Positions 44,024 to 58,472 are shown, counted from the first letter of the stretch. The stretch is 62,000 nucleotides of DNA from Octopus vulgaris (GCA_951406725.2 OX597825.1:15086001-15148000); one strand, 5' to 3'. Program-made: numbers and translations. Notes: generated from the sequence alone by a model not told the origin.

Positions 44024-44405
44024 TGGAAGCACTCCGTCGGTTACGACGATGAGGGTTCCGGTTGATCCGAATCAACGGAACAGCCTGCTCGTGAAATTAA
44101 CGTGTAAGTGGCTGAGCACTCCACAGACACGTGCACCCTTTAGTTCTCGGGGATATTCAGCGTGACACAGAGAGTGACAAGGCCGGCCCCTTGAAATACA
44201 GGTACAACAGAAACAGGAAGTAAGAGTGAGAGAAAGTTGTGGTGAAAGAGTACAGCAGGGATCACCACCATCCCCTGCCGGAGCCTGGTGGAGCTTTTAG
44301 GTGTTTTCGCTCAATAAACACTCACAACGCCCGGTCTGGAAATCGAAACTGCGATCCTATGACCGCGAGTCCGCTGCCCTAACCACTGGGCCATTGCGCC
44401 TCCAC
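44024..44405 (-). mobile_element. tRNA-headed SINE family C (OR1-like), 12-bp TSD
   Basis: GGAGGCGCAATGGCCCAGTGGTTAGGGC head; TSD GCTATTTCTACT at 44012-44023 and 44406-44417. Confidence 0.9.
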
Positions 44406-44454
44406 GCTATTTCTACTACACTTATTACAACTATCTATTACTATTACTTCTATT

Positions 44455-44889
44455 AATATTGGAACACATAATAATAGACCGGACATAATGGTGATGGACA
44501 AGATGCACCACACATGTTATATAGTTGATGTTGCATCAACTATAGTCAAGACGGAAGGCGAAAGGACAGATAAATACAACGCTCTTATGTACGAAATAGC
44601 CCGGTTATGGAAAATGAAGACGGTGAAAATAGTGTCAATTATTGTTAAGTCCTTGTGAACAGTATCGAAAGGCATCGAGCGGAATATAAAGGAAATCGGA
44701 AAAGAGTGTCCAGTAGAATGTTACAAAAGGTTTACCTCCTTGGCATTCCCAGAATAATCAGGAAAGTAGAAGATAGCTGGAAAAAAAAACGATTAGCACG
44801 GCGACGTACGCTGCATGTAGTAAACCCGCTACGCATGCAAGACTCCAGGTGATACAACAAAACACGTGATAAAGAGAAATAATAAAAAT
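44455..44889 (+). mobile_element. R4/Dong-clade LINE 3' relic (restriction-like endonuclease domain)
   Basis: NRPDIMVMDKMHHTCYIVDVA..DKYNALMYEIARLWKMKTVKIVSIIV..MLQKVYLLGIPRIIRKV. Confidence 0.75.
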
Positions 44890-45262
44890 AACAAGAGCAC
44901 TCAGAGAGCACAAATGTCTGCCAATGCGACATCATCGTCCTCTCAACGATTAGCCAGAGATTATTTTTAAAATGAGATTATTTGAAATGACCTCGACTGC
45001 TCTTACAAACAAGAATACTAAACATGAACCCGACCGCTCTCAAAAATTAATTAAAAAACCCTTGGAAATAATCCAGAATCCTTGGCCGGTACTGGATCGA
45101 TCCCAAAGTCTAATCAGTTCGTATCAGTCACGATGCCAAACATCCCTGAAACTTTCATCTGAATTCATCGAAGAGATCTTGAGATATCTTATCCACAGAC
45201 AAACAAACGAAGAAACACGATTAAAAACAATACCTTCACCTTCACTAAGGCGGAGGTAATAA
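44890..45262 (-). mobile_element. Second copy of the Helentron/HINE-like element, inverted
   Basis: 44936-45085 is ~95% identical by eye to the reverse complement of 42531-42680; same termini. Confidence 0.7.
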
Positions 45263-45272
45263 TGATGAAAAA

Positions 45273-45273
<1 letters not shown>

Positions 45274-45334
<61 letters not shown>

Positions 45335-45336
45335 AT

Positions 45337-45420
<84 letters not shown>
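45274..45420 (+). repeat. (AGT)n(AGC)n(AGT)n compound microsatellite
   Basis: Read directly. Confidence 0.95.
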
Positions 45421-45421
<1 letters not shown>

Positions 45422-45636
45422 TTTGATCTTTGCATTAGCAATAGTTTGTACGCTATAAATTTTCGCTTACGATAATCGACAAAAAAATAGTATCTGCTCA
45501 AAATATCTGTTTCGGCGCTTTCATTACGCAGGGTGTTACCGCTGAAAGTCATTTAAAGCGCCAAGGAGTCTATTGTATATTTGCATGTGCTGATCCGGTA
45601 ATAGTTTAGCTGTTGCAAGATTGGAACTAATGTGCT

Positions 45637-45686
<50 letters not shown>

Positions 45687-46152
45687 CTCATATAGACATA
45701 ATACATGTGTGTGTGTATCAGCAGCTGGTATTCAATTTGTAGTTTGTTCAGTTTAAAAAAAAATGTTAAAATTACCAATTATTTTCAAATGCGTCAATCG
45801 TTTTTTAATCGTGAACTCAACTCTATCCAATACTAATGACAGAAAATGCAACAAATCGTATTATGATAACGGCTTTAATGTAAGAAATAGTGGAAATTAT
45901 TGATATTAATGATTTATGCCATTATTTACATTAGTCTTGATATTTGTTTCTGCTTTATTGAGGTTGGGAATATTTTCCAGAAGATTGTTTAGAACGATGA
46001 CATAAAATAAATATGATTCTATTGATTTTCTTTGCTTGTTACTTTACAAAAAAAATCGCATTTATTTATAACAGAAAAGAACATTTTATCGCTTTATCTT
46101 TCTCTGATTTCCTTCCACACATACACACATACACACACACACATACACACAG

Positions 46153-46183
<31 letters not shown>

Positions 46184-46344
46184 AAGACACACACACAAAG
46201 ACACACACACACGCACATACACACAAGAACACATGAACATACACACACACATATATATATATATATACATTTATATATAGAAATATATGTAGGCATGTAT
46301 GTATGCATGCATGCATCCGCATATGTGTATATATATATATATAC

Positions 46345-46456
<112 letters not shown>

Positions 46457-47714
46457 ATATGTATATGTGTGTGTGTGTGTGTGTGTATATATGTATATAT
46501 TATGAGAGAGAGAGAGATGTTATTTTCAATTACCATAAATGTATTGAACAATTCTCATAACCCAATTTGCTAATGTATAGATTTTACATCAGATTATTTA
46601 TTGTTGCCCAAATGTATCTCATTATTTGAAACATTCAAATTCCCCATTTAAACTCAGGGCCAACAGAAATATATGGGCATTTATATCTGAAAGGTTAAAG
46701 TGGTAACAACATGCAAGTAGAAAAAAAAAATCGTTTCCAATTTATTGCTTCTAAATTATGAATGAATCTGTGTTGTTCAGGAAAGATAGCTGCTCAGATA
46801 CTGCTAAGTGATTGTTTGTTCTGGGTTGTTTTTGTTTTTTTCATTTTGAATTAAGTACAAGAATTGGATTTATATAAGTTTTTTCTGATTAGAATAAGAT
46901 ATTTGTCTATTTCCATTCATTCTGTTGTTGTTGTTGAGGTTGTTGTTCTTGTTTCAGTTGTCAATACTGATGTCTCTGTTAATTGAAATAGTATGAAATA
47001 GCATATTTCCTTACAAGAAGGATGCCTTAACGATTTAACGATTGAAAGTATTTTCATCGTTTAAAGGCGACAAAATTCCCTTAAATTGATTTCATATTTT
47101 ACACTGTAAAACTAATTGTTTTCTGTAAATTAAAATGATTTTTTAGATGTGTTTCTTTTTCGTACCTTTCTACTATTCTCTGATAGTTATTCAAACAGGT
47201 TAGTGTGTATTGGCATAAGTTAACACGAACACTATGCTAGGTTCCAAGGAAGTATTTCATATTCATATAAAATACTTCTAATTGAAGGAAGTATTTCATA
47301 TTCATATACCACTGAATTTCTGTAATGACATCATCTTAAGGAATGTACAGTATAAAACCCAATACGAAGTGCTACATAACCAATGAATATATACAAACTA
47401 GTTCCACGTGCATTAAATACTTTAATGACTTAGGGATAAGATGAATTGCTGATAATTTAGTACAACCACTCAAATTGGTATTCATGTTCGATAATTTATA
47501 ATCCAGTAGTTTACGTCTATCGGTATGTTTTAGAAGAATATGCCGACTAAACTGTAGAATCGACATAGCAATCTGGTTTATTTTACCATTTGAATATCAC
47601 TGAATGCTTAACAGTGTCCAAGAACATGACATAACTTTTAATAACCCAATCTACATTGATGTGAGGAGATGCCTGTTTGTAGTGGAACGTGTTAATTATT
47701 TATTTCACTTATAG

Positions 47715-47899
47715 TACTAAACATAACTTCTCCTATAGCTATATCGCGTGAGAGAATATCATTTAAGGACACATTGCTCTATCGACAGATTAATACTTCG
47801 CAACTAGTCATTGGTGATTCGAGAAAGATAAGCATTAATGTTGAGCATTTGAAACATTATTCCATGTACAATAACTTATCTGCTTATAATCATTTCTAA
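47715..47899 (+). pseudogene. FN3-like pseudo-exon
   Basis: Acceptor TATTTCACTTATAG, phase 1, 60 open codons ending ...KISINVEHLKHYSMYNNLSAYNHF* (VxxLKxYSxY...SAYN). Confidence 0.45.
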
Positions 47900-48338
47900 A
47901 ATTAAATGAGAAATTTAACGCCCATCCACTTATTTCGTGTAAACTGGCGCCTAGAAACAAGTTATATAATTTCATCATAGACAGTCTAAACGATATTCAT
48001 ATTTCCAAAGGTTTCTTATGGGAGACGTTGGATAGAATTAAGGTCCCTTTGTATAAATGATCATATTTTCTATTTGAAATCAGATCCAATAGCTAACGAT
48101 TGCTGCTAGTAATTTGTGTATTTTCTGAGACTAATAGGCGAGGTTTAAATGTTCAATAATTGTTTCTGGAGTTCATTGAATGCAGTAACTCATACTTGAT
48201 ATGCCTCGGAATAAATACTGAAAAATATTTCTCGTTTCTAACGGCTATGATTCCCCATCGTCCCTGAAGAGCATTGAGAAGAAGACTGTTAAATTCTACT
48301 AATTTTAATTATCTGGATACATGCTTACATAAATGTGA

Positions 48339-48525
48339 TGCGCGGGCGTGTCTGTGTGGTAAGACGCTTGCTTCAAAACCACATGGTTCCGGGTTCAGTT
48401 CCACTGTATGACAACCTGGGCAAGTGTATTCTACTATAACCTCGAGCCGACCAAATCCTTATGGGTGGATTTAGTAGAAGGAAGCTGAAAGAGGCCCATC
48501 GTATATATATATGTATGTGCGTGTT

Positions 48526-48563
<38 letters not shown>

Positions 48564-48787
48564 TGTGTATCTGTGTGTGTTTGTTTCTTTGTGTCTGTGT
48601 TTGTCCTCCATCATCGCTTGACAACCGATGTTGGTGTGCTTAAGTCCCCGAAACTTAGCGACTCGGCAAAAAGGACCGATCGAATAAGTGCTAGGCGTGC
48701 AAAGAAAAAGTCCTGGTGTCGATTTCTTCGACTAAATGCTGTGCTCCAGCATGGTCACAGTTACATGACTGAAACGCGTAAAAGAGT
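48339..48787 (+). mobile_element. SINE family B (diverged)
   Basis: Same head, body and tail with more substitutions. Confidence 0.85.
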
Positions 48788-49558
48788 ATGAATATAAATA
48801 TGCTACAAATAGATACATGCTGACTATAAAAGATTCGAGATTTATAAAACACGAAGGCATTCTGAATTCAAATTTTACGACAATTATGTGAAATCTCGTT
48901 TCAAATGACTAAAAGTGTGAATGGTATTTGGATGTGCAATATCGTGCGTCTATTAATGTTTTCAAGACATTCGTAATGAAATTTCTGTCAGGCTCAGTGA
49001 AATTTAACAAAATGTACTTCTTAATGCCTCACCGTCCCAAAACGAAAATGATTTTAATAAAGAAACAAAGACCAAATTTTAATTCTCATCCCTAAGCGTT
49101 AACTTGTTCTTTGTGAGTGGATACGATGACAAAATGTTTTTTTTGTTGTTGTTTGTTTTATTGGAACTCATCAGAAAAATGCCATCAATGCGAAATCGTA
49201 TAATGTTTTCAAATACAGAAAAAAAATGTTACTAAAAATTTTACTGAAATCTAATTAACACAATGAAAACAAAATTGAGCTGAAGGAGATACATCGAATT
49301 AAAAGCATGGATTGATATTGATCATTTATGCAAGCATTCATCCGTACGCCTCATTCGTAGTGAAGTTGATTCGTATTACTCTCAGATGGTGGAAGAGAAC
49401 GAAAGTCAGCATCTTTCCCTAACGATTTACAAAAAAGGAACTCGATGTGAATTATGTGATAATTTGATGAACAAATGTGTTTGTCGTGCTTATCCAAAGA
49501 TAGGATATTTATAGCAAGAATCGTTGGTAATTGCACAGGATATTTATTTTAATACATT

Positions 49559-49946
49559 GTGTGGAAGCACTCCGTCGGTTACGACGATGAGGGTTCCGGT
49601 TGATCCGAATCAACGGAACAGCCTGCTCGTGAAATTAACGTGTAAGTGGCTGAGCACTCCACAGACACGTGCACCCTTAACGTAGTTCTCGGGGATATTC
49701 AGCGTGACACAGAGAGTGACAAGGCCGGCCCCTTGAAATACAGGTACAACAGAAACAGGAAGTAAGAGTGAGAGAAAGTTGTGGTGAAAGAGTACAGCAG
49801 GGATCACCACCATCCCCTGCCGGAGCCTCGTGGAGCTTTTAGGTGTTTCGCTCAATAAACACTCAGAACGCCCGGTCTGGGAATCGAAACCGCGATCCTA
49901 TGACCGCGAGTCCGCTGCCCTAACCACTGGGCCATTGCGCCTCCAC
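49559..49946 (-). mobile_element. SINE family C, 11-bp TSD
   Basis: TSD TTTAATACATT at 49548-49558 and 49947-49957. Confidence 0.9.
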
Positions 49947-51456
49947 TTTAATACATTATTACTTATATGAAATTAACAGCCTATTTACGTCGGAATCGCT
50001 TACAAATTTCGGCAGCTTAATCATTTTAATTCCTACAATACGAGAAATAATTCAATCCATTTCGATATTTTATGCGTATAACTTAGCTGATCTCTGCGTG
50101 CCAAATTAATCTGAATGGACGCTATTTGTATTATGTTATAATTACCTCAAATTCATTACAGCAAAACACATTCTCTTTATTGATGTATATTTAACCAATC
50201 GAAAAAAGTGATCTTTATGTGGTCGTACGACTGGTAAGCTATTGCAGCTAAATCTTCTCCAAACTTCGCCCGACTAAGATGAAGACCAAGATGGTATATT
50301 GTATCGTAATTGCTGGAATATGTCCTATCATTGATCAAATCGGGCAGCGCCGGCTGTTTACGAAACAACAATGCATAACTTTCTATTGACAAATATCCGT
50401 ATGTATCGATGTAAGTATGTGTTTGTATGAATTTTCGTGTGTATGTATATGTGTATAGGTATGTACGTATGTATGTATTGTTTGGTTTCAAAATAGACAG
50501 TGATTCATCCAATAATTTGCTTAAATAGCTGTAATGTTACAGAAAGCTTGAGAGCCAACAAATTGCCGCTTAAATCTACAGATTATTCAGTTTCCATCCG
50601 GCTTAATAGTTTGCTGAAGCAGAGGGTTGCCTACCAGAGAACGGAGTTGGAACATATCTGCATCTTTTCATGAACCTGTTCCAAAGTAATTGCCTGATGG
50701 TCATGATTGAATGCAAACAATTTTTTAATGTTCCCGCTAACAACATCTTGGTTTTCAGGAAAATACACCATATGATTATCTCCATTAAAATAGCACAAAA
50801 ATATCTCGGCTTCTAGACATCAAACGTAGTTCACCAAAAATCACTTAATACTAGGGTACCTATAAAGGACTGTTTGAACAACGATGAATTTGAGAACGGT
50901 CATAAACCATGTTTAACCAGAGGATTGGGGGCTATTTTTTTCGTGATATGGTTGAACCTTTCTGTTATTTAGATGGGCTTTAATGGATAAATCCCTTCGA
51001 AAACGAGAAGCTTCTTAAAATGGACAATCACCTACTGTTCCCCTTCCTATTCCGAATATGCGTCCACGTTAATCAATGGCAGTAAAGGTATTCTGTAAAT
51101 GGGCATAGAACAATTAGCAATCCTCTTTGTCAGCGTATCTACAATAGACGTGGAAGCAACAAAAGCACTACAGCAACAAAGTGGTATTGATTAAAAGAGA
51201 AATAATCTTAACAGGGAAATCAAAATTGCTGTGGGGCAGATAAAATAAGGGATAAACAAAATGGAGTTGGTGTAGCATCTGAGGTATTTCAGTAAGGTGG
51301 GTGTATTTCGTAGATTTTTTTTTAATACTACGTTTACTAACGTGATCTTTCTGTATTGAATAATCTTCGTTGAGATTTGAAATCATTTCGCTGCTACTTT
51401 TTATAGCTCGAGTGAAAACGTAAACGTTTTATCAAGTTCTGGTCACTAGTGTGTGA

Positions 51457-51502
<46 letters not shown>

Positions 51503-52029
51503 GAGAGTATGACAAACCCGCCGCCATATGAGTTTGAACAATATTTCAAAATTAATGAACCCATAGATTGTTTTTATTATAACGATTTAAAATATCTTCA
51601 ACCAAACTCACAAAACATGATATATTGCATATGTTTGTCGTTCTCAACAACAGTTGAGACAAGTTTATGATTATTTTCAGATGTGTGTTTTACATAGATA
51701 TTTATTAATGAGTCTAAATCTCATCTTTGTTGATGATAAATCTGTATTTCCAATCGTTGGTCTTATGCCAAGTGAAACGGAATCTATATTTCCTAACATC
51801 GAATTGAAATGTTCTTCCAACTAGAATAGAAAATGCGAGGTGGCGTTAAATTTCATTTGAATATGTTTGAAGATTTGTTGAAGCCCTTTACACAAATATT
51901 GGAAATATTGACGAAGTATAACATTTAAAACTGAAACATTAGCAAATATTGATAATATTTGATAACTATGCAGAGTTAAGTACAACATACTGTCAGCTAT
52001 GGAGTTACTGAACTATATTTGATCAACTG

Positions 52030-52398
52030 CCCGAATAATAATAATGATAATAATACTAATAGTAATAGCAAGAAGAAGAAAGAACAACAATGATAATATC
52101 AATATTAAGAAGGAAGAGGAGGAGGAGGAGGAGAAAGAACGAGAACGATAATATCAATTTCAATAATGATGATAATGATGATAAGAAGAAGAAGAAGAGA
52201 AAGAAGAAGAAGTAGAAGAAGGACAAGAAGAAAAAATAACAACAATGATAATATCAATATTATTATTAACGATGATGATGATGATGATAATAATAATAAT
52301 AAGAATAATAATAAGAAGAAGAAGAAGAAGAAGAAGAAGAACAACAACAACAACAGCAACAATAACAACAACAACAACAGCAACAACAATAATAATAT
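52030..52398 (+). repeat. Mixed AAT/AAG/GAT/AAC trinucleotide array
   Basis: Read directly; immediately upstream of the R4/Dong relic. Confidence 0.9.
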
Positions 52399-52399
52399 T

Positions 52400-53640
52400 C
52401 ATGGTGACACTGATATGAAGATGGAGTTTGAACTTTCAAATTTGGTGATGAGAAGAGGAAAGCTTGTTAGGACAGAAGACGTACATATGTATTCCAAGTG
52501 GTAAAATGATGAATGCAGTTGAACCTGAATCTAGAATACTTGAGGCAGACAGGATTAAGCACAATGATATTAAAGAAAAAGAGAAAGAAAGAATGCCTGC
52601 GGTGAGTGAGAAAAATATTGTCTTCAAATCTGAATGCTAGAAACATAATTTCGGCACTAAATTTGAGTTTTGTCGCAAAAGTTCTGTACGGCGCTGAGAT
52701 TCTGAAGGGGGCACAGGATGAGCTAAAGAGTTGGACAGAATGACATGAAAGTTCCCCACGTTGCAATGAGCCCGGCGTTCACGTACAAACTCTGATCGAC
52801 TATATAATGAAGAGATCAAATAGCGGATGGGGACTGTGGTACACTGAGTACGTAGTCTTACTATGATACCTATCCCAAAATTAAAAATACCTTACTAGAG
52901 TCATTTAGCATTGAAAGCAAGAAGTACGAAAAGAACACGAAGAATCATTACGCAGTAACGTACTATACACAGTTTATGTAACCACAAGTGAAGGAAAACA
53001 TAGGTGGAATTGGCTGAAGAAAGGAAAGCTGAAGAAAGAAACTGACGGCACCATAATAGCAGCGCAAAACCAAGCTTTGGCCACAAGTTGTTAGAGGGTC
53101 AGGTTAGGGATGAGCAAGTTTCTCCATTGTGCTGCATGTGTAATAGATAGGACGAAGCCATTGCTCTTATTCAAACGAATGCTGCAGATTTGCTCAAAAT
53201 CATTACAGGTTTTGGCGACACATTGAGGGTGCGAAAGTGCTACGTTGGAAATTGTGTGTAAAAGTGGGATCTAGGGAAGGTAAGACGTAGTATGAGCACA
53301 TACGACAGAGTATAACGGGGTCAGAGGCTGCAAAATACTGTAGGATTTCTGAATCAAAACAGATCAGGTGCTAGAGAATAACAAATCAGACCTAGAAGTT
53401 GTGGACAACATGCGCAACAAGTGCAATATAGTTGATGTTGCGTACCTATTTGCCCCACGGACTGTCAAAAAGGAAGGTGAAATACAGATATATACTATCC
53501 TCGTAAGTGCGAAATAATCCAGCAATGGAAAATGAAATCAGTTGAGATAATAATAAATATTGTTATGTCTTTGAGGACAGCATCAGAAGGAATCAAGATG
53601 AATATAAAGCAAATTAGAATAGAGTGCCCAGTAGAATTGT
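52400..53640 (+). mobile_element. R4/Dong-clade LINE relic (RT C-terminus to endonuclease), 5'-truncated
   Basis: DMKMEFELS..LVMRRGKLV..ILEADRIKHNDIKEK..SNLNARNIISALN..DELKELDR..DRLY..GWGL, and later CNIVDVA..WKMKSVEI; abuts an (AAT)n-containing array. Confidence 0.75.
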
Positions 53641-54959
53641 TACTGACACAAGTTATATGAGACATTTCTTTGATACTTTGTGAAGGGTAGGTTCGATTAC
53701 TGTTTTCACATGCTGATCATTATAGGCGGATGGACGTCCTATACCTTCTTGATATACAAGGATCTTATCTTAACCAGCTTATACTAGTTATGGCATAATA
53801 CTCACTCCTATCGCTTTTATTCCCTTCCTATAAGTTAAAACATCATTTGTACGCAATCGAAATAAGCAATTAATTTACATATTCCTCATATATCTACATA
53901 CTGCCTGATGGAAACTTTCTCTTTATTGAAGTAATGTCTGAGAAAATTCTTAACTTTCAGTTATATATAAAACAAAAAGCTTGCCAATAACTGAATAATC
54001 TAAATTCGCTTATATTAGCCAATTTTAACAATTTTGTGATCTATCATATAATACGATACCACGAAACTACCTCTGAGAAAATCAAACTATTTATATTTGA
54101 TATATTCCAACTAAAGACGTATTTTTCTACTGGAGAGCATAATATGCTAAAATTGATAACATCCATCAAAATGTTTAAAGATTAATAGGAAATGAATTTA
54201 GAGAATTTAGACAATTACTTAAAACGTTCTTGTGATGTATCATTAGACTTCTGATCTTCAGTTATTTCTGATTCCATAAATTAATTCAGTATGGTTATAG
54301 CATCTTTAATTATGAAGGAGGATAGTATAATAAATACGGAACATACAGATTTGAATTGGTAACTTTTATATTACAGAAAAATATTTCTTAAGATGTCTTG
54401 TTTCAACAAATAAAAATCCGTTGAAAAAAATAGACATATGCAAGCAAGAGCTAAAGAATTATTTTAAGCATCATACATCTTCATAGATTGAACAACAATC
54501 AGGCATTCGCTATTTTTTCTCTATTCTCTTAGGTTATCTCTCTGGCAATAGTTTTATATTATACGCTGAACTAGGTTACAATCTTTTTTACGTATTCGTA
54601 CGTAAATGCGTGCATATTTATGCAAACATCTGTATGTGTAGTATCATTTATCTAGTTGCGTGCGTCAGTGATATAACTATATGATCAACAGTGTCTAGAA
54701 AGATATTATGTAAAAAGATGTACAACGCAGAAACATGTACAAACAATCTACTCAATGGTAGTTTATGTGTAGTGTTATACAAATGAATTAGATTCTAAAT
54801 GTTTAATTAAGGTTTTGCTTTTGATAGTAATTAGTATGTCAAATAAGCAAACAAGCTTTATAATAAATAGATATCTCAGTGCCCATATGAGCAGCAGTTT
54901 GAAATGCAGATTTTTTTAGTTGTGTAAATATATATACACACATATATATATACACACAA

Positions 54960-55030
<71 letters not shown>

Positions 55031-55109
55031 TACATACATACATACATACATACACACATACATACATATATATATACATGCATGCATACATACATACTTA
55101 CATACATAC

Positions 55110-55164
<55 letters not shown>

Positions 55165-55441
55165 AGAGAACGGCATGTATATGTGTATGGGTGTGTGTAT
55201 AAATTGACATGTATGCATATATGTATGAAAAATAAGTATATGTGTACATACAGATAAATAAGTGTATATATGAATAAAGGGATATGTAATGTACAAATAT
55301 ATCTAGATGTACGCATGTAATATACATATATATAATATATATATATGAATACACACATATATATATATATATAGTATAGGCATAGATATATATGTATATA
55401 TATAGATATTTATGTATGCATATATATAAATTCACACACAC

Positions 55442-55472
<31 letters not shown>

Positions 55473-56079
55473 TATATATATATATACGTTCTTGTATGTG
55501 GGGGTGTGAATCTTATATTGCCTCATGCATTTATTTCAACTCAGTTTTCAAATTAAAATTCGTACAAAACACAAGCATTTGCTGTTATATATAGGATAGT
55601 TAAATGCATACGAACGACTTCATCAATATTTGTTCAAGAGTTCAAAGCCTCATTGCTTTATTAAAGAGGTTTCTCCTACACATACATCAACCTGAATATA
55701 AATAAATGTATTGGTTTGATGGTTATCACTCTAATATACTTTGTACAAGCTGCATTTTTTTTTACATCGCAACACAGTTGTGGTTTTGTTTACATGCAAA
55801 ACTACGACACGCTGTGATTATGTATATTCTGGGCTAATATTTATATTGTTGACACAAATATATTTTATCTTTTACTACGCTCTATGCAGCTTGGGGTTTT
55901 TTGAGAACGCAGTGTTTTTAATAAACTGTTTCGATACGTTCATATAAAATATTAATTCTGTAGCACTTAATGACTACAAGTATTGGTTTTTATATTAGAC
56001 TAATCATGCTATAACGATATTTAGTTACCAATGGTTGATTAGTTCTTGAAGATGCTGATAAAAACCACTTATAACATCA

Positions 56080-56477
56080 CTAGCAGTATCGCCCGGCGTT
56101 GCTCGGGTTTGTAAGGGAAATAACTATAAAGCATTTTTAGAGAGTTATAGCCGCCGAAAAATAGCAAAAAATGCATTAAAAATGGAAAAAATATGATGGT
56201 AAATTTTTGTTTAAATCGTTGACTCATCGTAGACATTTTTAGAGAGTTACGTCCCTTATATTTAAAAATAATATGCATTAAAATGGAAAAAAGTGATGGT
56301 AAATTATTTTTAAAATCGTAGACTCATTGTAGACGCGCGCTAATACCCAGAAGGGCTCGATATGAATCACGACTATAAGATACCCGGTTTTGGTTAAACT
56401 GCACCGCAAAATGTGGGAGTAGTTAGGAATCTAAATCGGAGTAGACAGGCACACAACCTTACTTTTATATATAAAGA
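56080..56477 (-). mobile_element. Non-autonomous Helitron, 398 bp
   Basis: Minus strand starts A|TC TTTATATATAAA and ends with the hairpin CCCGAGCAACGCCGGG then CTAG|T; no TSD; internal ~100-bp duplication (56171/56273). Confidence 0.85.
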
Positions 56478-56540
56478 TATCAACTCCTCTTTTCATCCAG
56501 CTTCCATTGATCATATAACGTAATTGTCTTTGATTTGTAG

Positions 56541-56690
56541 GTTTGAAGTAGGAGCAGACAAATCTCAGCCTATTTAATTTGACTAGTCATTGTAGAGTGA
56601 AGAAAACCGACAAACAGTTGAAAAGCTGCATTCCGTTTTCCGAACTTTGGTATCAGTGGCAAATGGACTCCTTTTCACTGAATCTAATTA
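56541..56690 (+). pseudogene. Pseudo-exon resembling an RPTP membrane-proximal segment
   Basis: Acceptor TCTTTGATTTGTAG; FEVGADKSQP...VFRTLVSVANGLLFTES with 3 stops; resembles the FxVGDxK motif of RPTP ectodomains (from memory). Confidence 0.3.
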
Positions 56691-57111
56691 AGTTTATAAA
56701 TTTCTATTCGGAAAACTGTTGCTTTACGAATGCATGTGGCGTTAAATTAAGGCGTTATTGAGGCATTGATGATTCGGGAAATCAGCCGGAAACCATAACA
56801 GCAATTTACAAATATGACTTCGAACGTATTCCTGACAAGGCATTTCACAATATGGCTTTTATAAACAATACATTTTATATTCTTCAGACATACACAAAAT
56901 ACAAGATTATTTTTTTTTATCTTCCCTCAGTTATCATAAATACAATAGTATAAATAATTTCTGTTGAAATACGCCAAGTAGAGAAAAATACGTGTCTTTA
57001 GGTCCATGCGCTATATATGCATACGTGTGTGTGATTATGCGTGTGTGTGTGTGTGTGTCTCTCTCTCTCTCTCTGTGAGTGTGTTTGCGTGTGAGTGTAT
57101 ATATGTATATA

Positions 57112-57150
<39 letters not shown>

Positions 57151-57162
57151 CAAGTGTGTATC

Positions 57163-57206
<44 letters not shown>

Positions 57207-57501
57207 GGAGGCGCAATGGCCCAGTGGTAAGGGCAGCGGACTCGCGGTTGTAGGATCGCGGTTTCGATTCCCAGACCAGGCTTTGTATGTGTTTATTGAA
57301 CGAAAACACCTAAGCTCCACGACGCTCCGGAAGTGGGTGGTGTACTCTTTCACCACAACTTTCTCTAATTCTTTCTTCTGTTGGCCTGCTCGCTTAGCCA
57401 GCGGGGTGGCGTCATTTGAAGGCTAAAACAATGCAAAGCACATTGTGACCAGCGATGTGTAGCAACATCTGATAGCCTGGTCAGTCACGGTGATCACGGT
57501 G

Positions 57502-57503
<2 letters not shown>
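57207..57503 (+). mobile_element. SINE with family C head and a different 3' tail
   Basis: Same head and body up to CACCACAACTTTCTCT, then an unrelated tail ending TCACGGTGATCACGGTGAT. Confidence 0.8.
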
Positions 57504-57535
<32 letters not shown>

Positions 57536-57544
57536 CGTAGATTT

Positions 57545-57640
57545 CTCTTAGCAATTTGAAACGTATTCCTTTGAGTAATAACTCAATAAGGAGACAAATT
57601 GATGAAATGGCAGATAATGTGGAACAAATGTCGTACAGCA
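57545..57640 (+). mobile_element. hAT (Charlie/Buster-like) transposase fragment
   Basis: LSNLKRIPLSNNSIRRQIDEMADNVEQM matches the IPLSNNTVxRRIDEMA motif. Confidence 0.75.
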
Positions 57641-58056
57641 TATCAAAATCACGAAAAGATTTGACTTCGATTTCTAACACGGCCTGCTACCATGTAACAG
57701 CTATTTGCGATAAAGGACCCGCCGTTATGGCAAATAGCTACCAATGCGGGTGCACTTGTAAAAATTTACACAAACACATACTAATACATTAATATAGCAA
57801 AAAATAATAAAAAACATGTCTTTATAAGATATTTATCTTTATTTAGAAACCTACAATGAACAGGTCACCCAGGAAACAATGTAACACTGGATACAGCCTT
57901 ATACAGGGTACAACCTTAAAGTTGACACCGTTCGGTGCAACGAAAGTTTATTATTGGCTAAAAATAGATAGTTTTTTGATTTTGAAATTTTTCGTCAAAT
58001 AACTTCCTCCACATTGTGCCACTCATCTGAAGTACATATGTATTTCAACAATTTTT

Positions 58057-58472
58057 TATTTCTTTATTGCTCACAAGGGGACTAACATAGAGGGGGCAAA
58101 CAAGGACAGACAAACGGATTAAGTCGATTACATCGACCCCAGTGCGTAATTGGTACTTAATTTATCGACCCCGAAAGGATGAAAGGCAAAGTCGACCTCG
58201 GCGGAATTTGAATTCAGAAAGTAATGGAAGACGAAATACCTATTTCTTCACTACCCACAAGGGGCTAATCACAGAGAGAACAAACATGGACAGACAAACG
58301 GATTAAGTCGATTATATCGATCCCAGTGCGTAACTTGTACTTGTTTAATCGACCTCGAAAGGATGAAAGGCAATGTCAACCTCGGCGGAATTTGAACTCA
58401 GAACGTAACGACAGACGAACTACCGCTAAAGCATTTCACCCGGCGTGCTAACGATTCTGCCAGCTCGCCACC
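58057..58472 (-). mobile_element. Tandem dimer of SINE family A (full-length plus 5'-truncated)
   Basis: Core occurs at ~58165 and ~58350; junction at GAAATAC. Confidence 0.9.

Noticed and set aside
47246-47308. 24-bp direct repeat AAGGAAGTATTTCATATTCATATA
   Set aside because: Simple local duplication with only ~14 bp between copies; no element inside.
57207-57280. tRNA-like sequences at SINE 5' ends
   Set aside because: A/B-box heads continue into SINE bodies and lack a complete acceptor stem; not tRNA genes.
57846-57960. FN3-like QPYTGYNLKV after an AG
   Set aside because: Overlaps TATACAGGGT.., which looks like a Tc1/mariner terminus. It shows that FN3 motifs can arise by chance and is excluded from the exon chain.
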